Source: Marinosulfonomonas sp. (GTDB lineage: Bacteria > Pseudomonadota > Alphaproteobacteria > Rhodobacterales > Rhodobacteraceae). From it: DNA of 64,000 nucleotides. How positions within the stretch are numbered: position 1 is the stretch's first letter; every line of letters begins with the position of its first letter. Shown piece after piece: positions 38,118 through 46,142 of the stretch. The stretch is taken from contig JBPOFA010000016.1 of assembly GCA_051251595.1 (NCBI GenBank), forward strand, positions 10,626-74,625. The letters are read 5' to 3'. The position numbers and the translations under genes are program-made. The notes beneath the pieces were generated by a model that saw only the letters and a list, made by a program, of their open reading frames with translations, was not told the DNA's origin and did not search any database.

Positions 38118-39626
38118 ATGATCGAAGCACTTGGCTTTTTCGCAATCGCCTGGACGGACCCATGGCTTATTTTCCTGACCGCTGCGGGGACATTGGCCGG
38201 GATTTACGTCGGTGCCATTCCCGGGCTTTCGGTGACAATGGCGACATCCATTCTGATATCCTTCACCTTCAATTGGGATGTGAACGAAGCCCTGGCGCTG
38301 ATCGCCGGTGTCTTTTTTGGCGGGGTCTATGGCGGTTCGCGTACGGCCATTCTTCTTAATATCCCCGGCGCACCGTCTGCGATTGCAACGGCGATTGAGG
38401 GCTATCCGCTGGCCAAGCGCGGCGAGGCGGGTGAGGCCATCGGGCTGACCACGGTTATGTCGGTCTTTGGCGGTTTTGTGGGCATCATCGCCCTTGCGCT
38501 GTTCGCGCCGGTTATCTCTAGCTTTGCGCTGATGTTCCAATCGCGCGACTATTTGCTGCTTGGCATCATCGGGATCTTGCTGGTTGGCACCTTGTCGGGC
38601 GAAAGCTTTGCCAAGGGGGCCTTTGCCGGGGCGCTTGGCGTGTTGATCGGCATGGTTGGCCTTGACCCTATGACGGCCGAGGGGCGGTTTACATTTGGGT
38701 CGATTCACCTATTGGGCGGTATCCCCTACGTTGCGGCGATGATCGGCTTTTTTGGCGTGGCCGAGGCGCTTGTTCAGCTGCACACGCTGAACACCCCGGC
38801 GATCAAACAAAAGATTGACCGGATCATTCCGAAATTCTCGGATGTGAAAAAATACTTTTGGCTTGCAATGCGCGCCTCTGGGATCGGGACGATCATCGGT
38901 GCTTTGCCCGGTACGGGCGGCGACATCGCGGCCTTGCTTGCCTATGACGATGCGAAGCGGTCCACAAAGAACCCCGAACGCCCGTTTGGCACAGGCAATC
39001 GCGAAGGTCTTGTTGCGCCAGAGGCGGCGAATAATGCGGCCGTGGGCGGCGCGCATATCCCAATGCTGACCCTTGGTATTCCCGGCGATGCGGTGACGGC
39101 CGTCATCATCGGTGCGTTGTTTATTCACGGGCTAAAGCCCGGGCCGTTGTTGCTGGTGGAAACACCGCATCTGTTCTGGTTCATCGTGGGCAGCCTGACA
39201 CTTGCCAATGTCTTTTTGCTGATCTTTGGTCTGACGGGCATCCGCATGTTCACCAAGATTGTGGAATGCCCCAAAGCCGTGCTGATCCCGCTGATCATTG
39301 TGCTCAGCGCGGTTGGTACCTATGCGATCCAGAACAATCCCGTCGATGTGTACTGGATGCTGTTTTTCGGCGTCGTCGGCTATTTCATGAAGACCTATGG
39401 CTTTCAGGTGGGGCCGGTGATTTTGGGGGTCATTCTTGGCCCGATGATGGACAGCAACTATCGCCGAACGATGTTGCGCGCCCGGCAAGACATGGGCGAT
39501 TTCCTGTGGGGGTTTGTGTCCAACCCGATTTCCCTGATCCTGACAACGGGTCTGGTGATCATGTTCCTCAGCCAGACTCCGCTTTGGCCGTTCCTGCGAC
39601 GCAAACTCGGTTTGAAGTCAGAGTGA
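38118..39626 (+). CDS. tctA: Tripartite tricarboxylate transporter large permease (TctA family)
   Basis: 502 aa polytopic protein with typical TctA segments (GIPGLSVTMA, GALPGTGGDIAA). The start abuts the tctB stop. Confidence 0.9.
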   Translation: MIEALGFFAIAWTDPWLIFLTAAGTLAGIYVGAIPGLSVTMATSILISFTFNWDVNEALALIAGVFFGGVYGGSRTAILLNIPGAPSAIATAIEGYPLAKRGEAGEAIGLTTVMSVFGGFVGIIALALFAPVISSFALMFQSRDYLLLGIIGILLVGTLSGESFAKGAFAGALGVLIGMVGLDPMTAEGRFTFGSIHLLGGIPYVAAMIGFFGVAEALVQLHTLNTPAIKQKIDRIIPKFSDVKKYFWLAMRASGIGTIIGALPGTGGDIAALLAYDDAKRSTKNPERPFGTGNREGLVAPEAANNAAVGGAHIPMLTLGIPGDAVTAVIIGALFIHGLKPGPLLLVETPHLFWFIVGSLTLANVFLLIFGLTGIRMFTKIVECPKAVLIPLIIVLSAVGTYAIQNNPVDVYWMLFFGVVGYFMKTYGFQVGPVILGVILGPMMDSNYRRTMLRARQDMGDFLWGFVSNPISLILTTGLVIMFLSQTPLWPFLRRKLGLKSE

Positions 39627-39728
39627 GGCGACTTCAAATGTCTGCGGCTCAATGTGTTGAGTTTGGTTCATAGCTTCCATAAAACGCGGCGCTGCATGGA
39701 CCACCATGCAAATCCGAAGAGAATTGTC

Positions 39729-40976
39729 TCAAGATCTTTGGGTCAGTTTCCGGATGACCGGGGCGCCCCAGGTGAGCGCCATGACAAGAAGCCCAATAGC
39801 GGCAGCGAGTGCAGAGATATAGTAGGGTGAGCGTATCGAAAGGCTCATCAATCCGCCGCCAGCCAACGACATGACTCCGCCTGCCAGACAGAAGATCGCG
39901 GTGGTGACGCCCATGATCCAACCTTGATCGGCCTCGCTTACGCTTCCGGAAAACAGGCCCAAAAGGGTCGGGTATGAAACCCCAAAGAAAAAGTAGAACA
40001 AGAAGACCGGAATATAGGAAATCGGTCCGATAGTGATGAACACAAAGGCAAGCGCACAGATTACCATGATGACAAGGCTCGTTCCGACAATGGTGCCTTT
40101 GCCCACGCGTTTCTGGACTGGATTGACAAGGAAAGTGCTGCTGGTCGCCAGGGCGATCCCAATCACAAGCATGGCGACGCTGCCCCCGACAACGCCATAG
40201 CCAAATGCGCTCGTCAGATAGTTGTCGACAAATATGTAAAACGTGACATTTGCGATCATGAACAAGCTATAGACAGGCAGCAGTTTCATAACGACAGGGA
40301 ATTCCCTGACCCGGTTTAGGCTTTCAAAAATCTCGGCCGGGCGAAAGGCGTACGGAACGCGTTCGGTCCGAATGTCATTGAAACATAACGACACAAGTAT
40401 CATCGCGATCAACACCAATGCAAAGGCCGCATAAAAGGGCAATGTGTAGCTTGCCAGGGTACCGATAATGTCTGGATCTGCCAAAACGCCGCCAATGATC
40501 GGGCCACCGACCAGGCCGAAACTGACGCCCGTGACGATGTATCCCATGTTCCGATCCCGATCCGCGTCGTCGGTACTGCCGTCAATCATCGCTGCTTGGG
40601 CGATCGGTTGGTTTCCTGCGGTAAAGCCAGTAATCGCGCGTCCAAGCACCAACAGCCACAGACTGTTGAGCATGATCGACGCGATGGTGATGGCATACCC
40701 CACCAAGGCGCCTGCAAGACAGATCAACAGGGCATTCTTGCGTCCGATCGAGTCAGACAGCCTTGCGATATAGATCACCCCGAAAAACCAGGAAAGAAAG
40801 AAGATGCCTACAACCAAACCAAAATCGAAATGCCGCATCCCGATTGACGTATCCGTGGGCAAGAAGCTGGATTTCGGGTTCATGATCATCGCGTTTATGA
40901 TCGGAAATACAAGCCCTTGGCCGATCAGGTCGACAAAAACGACGAACATAAGGGTAATCTTTACCAACGGTGTCAT
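39729..40976 (-). CDS. MFS transporter (DHA1/TetA-like efflux type)
   Basis: 415 aa with about 12 TM segments and MFS motif A, ARLSDSIGRKN, after TM2. Confidence 0.85.
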   Translation of the reverse strand: MTPLVKITLMFVVFVDLIGQGLVFPIINAMIMNPKSSFLPTDTSIGMRHFDFGLVVGIFFLSWFFGVIYIARLSDSIGRKNALLICLAGALVGYAITIASIMLNSLWLLVLGRAITGFTAGNQPIAQAAMIDGSTDDADRDRNMGYIVTGVSFGLVGGPIIGGVLADPDIIGTLASYTLPFYAAFALVLIAMILVSLCFNDIRTERVPYAFRPAEIFESLNRVREFPVVMKLLPVYSLFMIANVTFYIFVDNYLTSAFGYGVVGGSVAMLVIGIALATSSTFLVNPVQKRVGKGTIVGTSLVIMVICALAFVFITIGPISYIPVFLFYFFFGVSYPTLLGLFSGSVSEADQGWIMGVTTAIFCLAGGVMSLAGGGLMSLSIRSPYYISALAAAIGLLVMALTWGAPVIRKLTQRS

Positions 40977-41144
40977 CTTGTGCCTCCCATGAGGTCGTTT
41001 CCTCGTAATTTCGTTTCTTCATGCTCGCGACGGTATTTGCGAAACCCTTCGATTTGGTCCCCAATTTCCCTTATCTCCGTGCGGCGCCCTGTGTTGGCGG
41101 AATTACCAAAGGACTCGTTGCACTGAACAAGGGAACGGCGGCAC

Positions 41145-41163
41145 GGCCAATCTGTGATTGGCC
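41145..41163. promoter_or_regulatory. Perfect 7-5-7 inverted repeat GGCCAAT-ctgtg-ATTGGCC in the MFS/acyltransferase divergent region
   Basis: Read directly from the sequence. No cognate regulator gene is evident nearby. Confidence 0.25.
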
Positions 41164-41277
41164 TACAATTCCACAAAAGAGCCTTCTTTGAAACAGGCAA
41201 GAATACTCAAGCGATTTGATGCATTAGCGATCAATTTAACACTCAACCGCCTCACACGCCCAAGTCTTTTTACCAGA

Positions 41278-41295
41278 GTGTCATCTATGTGTTGC
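41278..41295 (+). promoter_or_regulatory. Pho-box-like direct repeat GTGTCAT-ctat-GTGTTGC upstream of the acyltransferase gene
   Basis: 7-4-7 arrangement on the coding strand. It resembles the CTGTCAT-N4-CTGTCAT PhoB consensus and the better box at 44944..44961. It ends only 23 nt before ATG 41319. Confidence 0.35.
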
Positions 41296-41318
41296 GTGGC
41301 CATGCATAGTCATGGGGC

Positions 41319-42197
41319 ATGAGGGAAAGCATTGAACCTTTGATCGTGGAACGCGCGCCATGGTTGGCCAGGCAAGGCCTGTGGCCAAGGGCGGCGCGTG
41401 GTGTTCTGGACCAGATCCTGGGCTATGACGAGGTCGTGTCTTTGGCCGAAACGCTGAAGGACAAATCCGCCCCCGGCATCATGAACACCGTCGCGGACCG
41501 TTTGGCCAAGGATGTGCATGTGACCGGTTTGGAAAATATGCCCAAGACCGGCGCTGCGTTGGTTGTGGCAAACCATCCGACCGGCATCGGGGATGGTATC
41601 ATGCTGTGGCACGCTTTGCGTCAGCTGCGCCCTGACATGTTTTTCTACGCGAATTCAGATATTTTGCGCATCTTGCCCCAGATGGGGGATTTGATCGCCC
41701 CGGTAGAGTGGCGTCATGAAAAACGCAGCCACACCAAAGCCCGGGAAACGATGACCTATACGCGCGCCGCTTTTGATGCGGGGCGTCTTGGGGTGATTTT
41801 CCCGTCGGGTCGGCTGGCCAAGCGCCGGGGGCTGACCTTGCATGAACGGCCCTGGATGGGCTCTGCGGCGACCTTGGCGCGCAAGTTTGATTTGCCCGTG
41901 ATCCCGATCAACATTCAAGCCCGCAATTCGGCGCTGTTTTATATGTTTGACTATCTCCACCCGACCTTGCGCGACATTACTTTGTTTCACGAAACGCTCA
42001 ACAAGGACCGGCAGTTTTTTAGGATTACGGTTGGTCGCCCTGTTTCAGCGTCAGAGCTGTCGTCTGACGCCGAAGATGCCACCGCCTATATCAAGCGGGT
42101 GACGCTTCAGGCGGGTGATCCGCAGCTGCATCGCTCTGGCGCTTTGCGGCCTTCTTATTGGCGACGGATCAGCCCAAAGCCGCGGCGTTTGACCTAA
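41319..42197 (+). CDS. Lysophospholipid/lyso-lipid acyltransferase family protein (PlsC-like, COG3176 type)
   Basis: 292 aa with the acyltransferase block LVVANHPTGIGDGIML (His...Asp motif) and FPSGRLAKRR. Divergent from btaB. Confidence 0.65.
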   Translation: MRESIEPLIVERAPWLARQGLWPRAARGVLDQILGYDEVVSLAETLKDKSAPGIMNTVADRLAKDVHVTGLENMPKTGAALVVANHPTGIGDGIMLWHALRQLRPDMFFYANSDILRILPQMGDLIAPVEWRHEKRSHTKARETMTYTRAAFDAGRLGVIFPSGRLAKRRGLTLHERPWMGSAATLARKFDLPVIPINIQARNSALFYMFDYLHPTLRDITLFHETLNKDRQFFRITVGRPVSASELSSDAEDATAYIKRVTLQAGDPQLHRSGALRPSYWRRISPKPRRLT

Positions 42198-42226
42198 GTG
42201 GGCACAGCCTTTGGCGGCGGCCCGTT

Positions 42227-42853
42227 TCAGTTCAGCCGGGTGACGCAGGCATATTGGGCATAGCTGCGCAGCAATGGGGCATGTTCAATTTGCGTGTTGG
42301 CGTGCTGCTGCAAGACCGAACGCAGGCTGTCGCGCGGCTCGACGTGAAACCGCCCAAGCCAGTTGCGCAGCCCCTTGTCGAACCATTCCGGCATGCGGGA
42401 TTGATCGCCAAAATCAACGATATGCAATTCGCCCTTGGGGGCCAGATGGCGCAGCGCCTGATCAATGGCCTGTTCCCATACCGGGATCATCGACACGCAA
42501 TAGGACATGACGATCCGGTCAAACTTTTCCTGGCCGAAGATTTGCAGGGGATCAAAATCGCAGGCATCCGCCAGTCCAAGCTTGGCCCGGCCCCCCAGCT
42601 TTGCGCGGGCAGAGACCAGCATTTCAGACGAAATATCCAACCCATATAGGTTGCAGCCCGGGTAGCGCATGTCGATCTGGTCCAGATTTCGTCCGGTGCC
42701 ACAGGCGATTTCCAGGATATGCATTCCCTGTTCCGGGCGCAGTTGCTTGAGCGCATGATCCCGCCCCAGAAGGTAATATTTGCGCGTCGCATCATAGATC
42801 AGCCGCTGCCGACGGTAGACCTGATCCATCAAAGCTGCATGAGAGTTTGCCAT
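42227..42853 (-). CDS. btaB: Class I SAM-dependent methyltransferase, BtaB-like (DGTS N-methylation)
   Basis: ORF 42227..42994. Start moved to ATG 42853 (MANSHAALMDQVYRRQR), 4 nt after the btaA stop, with AGGGG upstream. SAM motif ILEIACGTGRNL. Size and position match Rhodobacter btaB. Confidence 0.7.
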   Translation of the reverse strand: MANSHAALMDQVYRRQRLIYDATRKYYLLGRDHALKQLRPEQGMHILEIACGTGRNLDQIDMRYPGCNLYGLDISSEMLVSARAKLGGRAKLGLADACDFDPLQIFGQEKFDRIVMSYCVSMIPVWEQAIDQALRHLAPKGELHIVDFGDQSRMPEWFDKGLRNWLGRFHVEPRDSLRSVLQQHANTQIEHAPLLRSYAQYACVTRLN

Positions 42854-42857
42854 AGGA

Positions 42858-44084
42858 TCACCCCTGGAATTCATATAGGTGAAACCCGCCGTAAATGGCG
42901 GATCGATCGTTTTGGAACCCTTTGGCAGAGGCCTCTGTCTGATAGGTCCAGCGGCGCAAGGTTTGATCGGCAACCCGGCCCGGCAAAATGTCATCCGCGC
43001 CGCCTGTGCGAAAGATCACACGCGCGCCCGGGCTGGCTGTGCGGGTGATTTGGTCCCACAGCGCATTCAGTTGCGCATCATTCATCCAATCCTGGGCATC
43101 CAGCAAAACATAGGCCTGTTTTGACCCGCTTGGTTGCCCGGCCAGAACGTCGGTCAATGATCTGTTTAATACGGTCATGCGATCGGCATTGGCACGCAAG
43201 GTTTCGAAGTTCCGGGCCTCTAGATAAGGGGGGACGGCGGCATCTTTTGTGGGTTCATAGCCGCGGGTCACAGCCTGCCAGGCAAAGTAGTTGTCCTGGA
43301 TCGGGAAATCGCAAAACAGTTTGCGGGTTCGTTCTTTTAGCACCGCGACGATATCGCCATCGGCATCAGCGGCCAGCTTGTCATATTGGGCGGGGGGGAT
43401 GCCCAAGCCGAACAGGCTCGCCCTTTGTCGGGCGAGGAATTTCACGAACCCGCTGTCGAAAAGCGGGGCGATCTGCGTGTCGAAAAAGGCGGTTTGCTCT
43501 GCCATGGATTTGGCGTTGAGCAGGCCGGAAAAGTCGACCCGAGCGACTGTGGTGATCAAGTTCACAGCGCCTAGGAACCGCCCCAAAAGCCCTTGGCGAA
43601 ACAGCCCGCGTGCCAGCATGTTCTTACGTGGCCTGGTCAGCGACCAGCCGTCCCAATAAGCGCGGACCTTAGGGTCCAGATGCGGCGCGACGTAGCGGTT
43701 GAAATGCGTGACGTTCGTTTTCAAATCGGCACGCGCCAGCATTTCATACAGCGTTGCATGGTCCGGAACGGTCTGGACGGTGGCCAGTTTCAACTTGTTG
43801 AGCATCACATGCGAGGGGGACAGATCCACCGCAGTGATAGAGGCCGGGCTGGCCGTGAGGTAGGACAAGGCGTTGCAGCCGCCGGACGCGATACAGACAA
43901 GATTGTCGCCAGCGCTTAACTGCAGGGCCTCCATGTCAACCACCGGGTCTTCCCAGATTTGGGCATAGACCAACCCGTGAAACAGCCTGGCAAAAACACG
44001 TTCCAACACGCCTTCGCGGCTGAGCACTGTGTTTTGGTTGACGGCCGCGCCAAGTTGTTCGGTGATCGTTGGTGTCGAGGTCAT
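42858..44084 (-). CDS. btaA: DUF3419 protein, BtaA-like S-adenosylmethionine:diacylglycerol 3-amino-3-carboxypropyl transferase
   Basis: 408 aa. The N-terminal block RLFHGLVYAQIWEDPVVDMEAL...CIASGGCNALSYL...AVDLSPSH is characteristic of DUF3419/BtaA. Followed by a btaB-like gene. Confidence 0.7.
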   Translation of the reverse strand: MTSTPTITEQLGAAVNQNTVLSREGVLERVFARLFHGLVYAQIWEDPVVDMEALQLSAGDNLVCIASGGCNALSYLTASPASITAVDLSPSHVMLNKLKLATVQTVPDHATLYEMLARADLKTNVTHFNRYVAPHLDPKVRAYWDGWSLTRPRKNMLARGLFRQGLLGRFLGAVNLITTVARVDFSGLLNAKSMAEQTAFFDTQIAPLFDSGFVKFLARQRASLFGLGIPPAQYDKLAADADGDIVAVLKERTRKLFCDFPIQDNYFAWQAVTRGYEPTKDAAVPPYLEARNFETLRANADRMTVLNRSLTDVLAGQPSGSKQAYVLLDAQDWMNDAQLNALWDQITRTASPGARVIFRTGGADDILPGRVADQTLRRWTYQTEASAKGFQNDRSAIYGGFHLYEFQG

Positions 44085-44097
44085 GTAGCTGTCCTTG

Positions 44098-44898
44098 CTA
44101 GCTGTCTTGGTTTTCCAGAACTTTTGATTTCTTGTGTTTTTTGGGGGCGGGGGTGTGTGCGGCTGCGCGTTTTTCCCAGTCGATCAGGATGATTTCGCCG
44201 GTTGTCTGTTCGGCAATCGCGGTGCAGCTTTCGACCCAATCCCCGGTGTTGATATAGGTGATGCCTTGGATCTCGCGCATATTCGCGTGATGGATATGGC
44301 CACAGATGACACCATCAAAACCGCCGCGCTTGGCCTCATCTGCCAGCACGTCTTCGTATTGACCGATAAAGCTGACGGCCGCTTTGACCTGGCGTTTCGC
44401 CCATTTCGAAAGCGACCAATATCGCCCGCCCCACAAAGACCGGATGCGGTTGATTTTGGGGTTCACCCAGATCAAAAAGTCATAGGCCGCGTCGCCCAGA
44501 TGGGCCAGCCATTTGGCGTTCATCACAACGGTGTCGAACTGATCCCCGTGGGTGACAAGAAAGCGTTTGCCCTCTAGGCCAATGAATTCAGAGGTTTGCA
44601 CAACTTCGATGCCACCGAAATGCGTGCCAAGATAGTTGCGCATCACCTCGTCATGGTTGCCTGGCACAAACACGACACGGGTTCCTTTGCGGGCTTTGTC
44701 CAGCAGCACCTGCACCACATTGTTGTGGGTTTGCGGCCAGTGCCAGCCCCGCCGGCTCAGCGCCCAGCCGTCAAAGATGTCACCGACGAGGTAAATCGTC
44801 TCTGCGCTGTTTTGCAGAAGGAAATCCGTCAAAAGTTCGGCTTGGCACCCGCGCGTGCCCAGATGCACATCGGAAAGAAAGAGTGTCCTGTACTGCAT
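44098..44898 (-). CDS. plcP: LpxH-family metallophosphoesterase, PlcP-like phospholipase C candidate
   Basis: ORF 44098..44943. Start moved to ATG 44898 (MQYRTLFLSDVHLG), preceded by AAGGGG. Calcineurin-like motifs DVHLG, GDIFDGW, PGNHDE, THGDQFD and CGHIHH. Context with btaAB and a Pho box matches the Sinorhizobium/roseobacter plcP paradigm. Confidence 0.7.
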   Translation of the reverse strand: MQYRTLFLSDVHLGTRGCQAELLTDFLLQNSAETIYLVGDIFDGWALSRRGWHWPQTHNNVVQVLLDKARKGTRVVFVPGNHDEVMRNYLGTHFGGIEVVQTSEFIGLEGKRFLVTHGDQFDTVVMNAKWLAHLGDAAYDFLIWVNPKINRIRSLWGGRYWSLSKWAKRQVKAAVSFIGQYEDVLADEAKRGGFDGVICGHIHHANMREIQGITYINTGDWVESCTAIAEQTTGEIILIDWEKRAAAHTPAPKKHKKSKVLENQDS

Positions 44899-44943
44899 CA
44901 CAGCCCCTTGGATACATTGCTGCGCTCTGTATATCGGGGTCAC

Positions 44944-44961
44944 ATGACACTTAGATGAAAC
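44944..44961 (-). promoter_or_regulatory. Pho box (PhoB-binding direct repeat) of the plcP-btaA-btaB operon
   Basis: The minus strand reads GTTTCAT-ctaa-GTGTCAT (7-4-7). It is followed after 8-10 nt by GATATACA (-10-like), about 22 nt of leader, and AAGGGG-ATG(44898). Confidence 0.55.
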
Positions 44962-45006
44962 AAACGTGATTTGGCGCGGATCAAAGCCGCTGGCCAGATT
45001 GGACGT

Positions 45007-45906
45007 TCAGTCTTTGCGTGCGATTTGCAAATCTTGGATTTGTTTCACAAGCTCTTGGCTGTCATCGGGAAACTTTCGCGCAAACAGAACCTTGCGTTTG
45101 ATGGGGGTGCCCTGGCGCGTGCGAAATGCACCGTCTGATTTTAAGACATCGACGTGGTCCTGCGATATCATCGCAGGGTTGCTGCCTCCTGCGGTCCAGT
45201 CTGTGTAGGTCAGTGCGGGTTTGATGGAGCCGACATCTGCCCAGTTGCATAGGATGGTCTGAAAAAACATTTCATCTGGGCAAATTGTGTTCTTGAAAAA
45301 GTTAACCATCTCTTGGTGCTGTTCAATCATCTCAATGACATGATCAACCGCGCGCACGGGCAGGGCCCACCACGTGCCTCCACCAAAAGGAGTGAAAGGA
45401 GCAAGCGATCTTTTGTAGGGGCGGCGAACCAAAAACTGAAATAGCGGGCGCGACAGTTCATACAGCTTTCGGCGCAGGGCCATGTCTCTGGATGGAATGA
45501 AACGTCTTAGCCGTTTCAGGGGCTTGGTTGGTGAAGGCATTTTTTCGGTGTCGATAAAGATACCGGTGTCGGCCTGTTCAAAAAATGCCTTGATCTGCTG
45601 CAAACTGAAAATCGGGTAATCCGCACCACTGAGCAGGACGAAGTAATCGAATGGGATTTCTTTGTAGGCTTTGGCCTCTTCCATTAGCAAAAGGATCGCT
45701 TCGACTTGCGAATACTCTCCCCAATAGACCGGAATTCGGCGTTTTGTGAATTGGGCGTTGGCACCCGTCGGCAGTTCGAATTGTCCAATATCGGATTTCG
45801 CATCGATATGGACGAAGGCCCGGCAATCCTTGTCGCAAATGGCGCCTACCAGCCGCCCCAGATGAGCCGGTCGGTCGTGGGCAAGAACGAGAAATGCTAT
45901 TTTCAT
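45007..45906 (-). CDS. Glycosyltransferase family 14-like protein (core-2/I-branching 'Branch' domain)
   Basis: 299 aa. N-terminus MKIAFLVLAHDRPAHLGRLV...FVHIDAKSD and overall length are typical of bacterial GT14/Branch-domain proteins. No TM segment or signal peptide is obvious. Confidence 0.65.
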   Translation of the reverse strand: MKIAFLVLAHDRPAHLGRLVGAICDKDCRAFVHIDAKSDIGQFELPTGANAQFTKRRIPVYWGEYSQVEAILLLMEEAKAYKEIPFDYFVLLSGADYPIFSLQQIKAFFEQADTGIFIDTEKMPSPTKPLKRLRRFIPSRDMALRRKLYELSRPLFQFLVRRPYKRSLAPFTPFGGGTWWALPVRAVDHVIEMIEQHQEMVNFFKNTICPDEMFFQTILCNWADVGSIKPALTYTDWTAGGSNPAMISQDHVDVLKSDGAFRTRQGTPIKRKVLFARKFPDDSQELVKQIQDLQIARKD

Positions 45907-45923
45907 TATTGCCTCTTGGAAAG

Positions 45924-45963
45924 CTGTAACATGCGTTTCATTTAAGGTCTGTGGGCCTGTCCA
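45924..45963 (+). promoter_or_regulatory. Four 11-bp-phased Pho-box-like heptamers (CTGTAAC / GTTTCAT / GGTCTGT / CTGTCCA)
   Basis: The plus strand reads CTGTAACatgcGTTTCATttaaGGTCTGTgggcCTGTCCA. It starts 18 nt from the GT14 start codon but in inverse orientation to that gene, and lies about 180 nt upstream of gadB in forward orientation. Confidence 0.3.
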
Positions 45964-46142
45964 CCTTTAAGATCACGAATGATTATTTGCCACAACTGGA
46001 AACGAATTACGGTGCTGCGCGGTATGGGGCAAATGTTGCGGCTGTTGTCCTTGCAGTCTGTTTTGAACTGGGCCACCATCGATGAAAACGCAACGTGGCC
46101 AAAGTTTAGGCAAGATTTTCGATCTATTTAAAGGGTGCATCC

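Noticed and set aside
45924-45963. Reading the phased heptamers as the PhoB-dependent promoter of the GT14 gene
   Set aside because: The repeats are inverted relative to that gene and leave only 17 nt before its ATG, too little for a -10 element and a leader. I kept them as an unexplained site rather than a promoter call.
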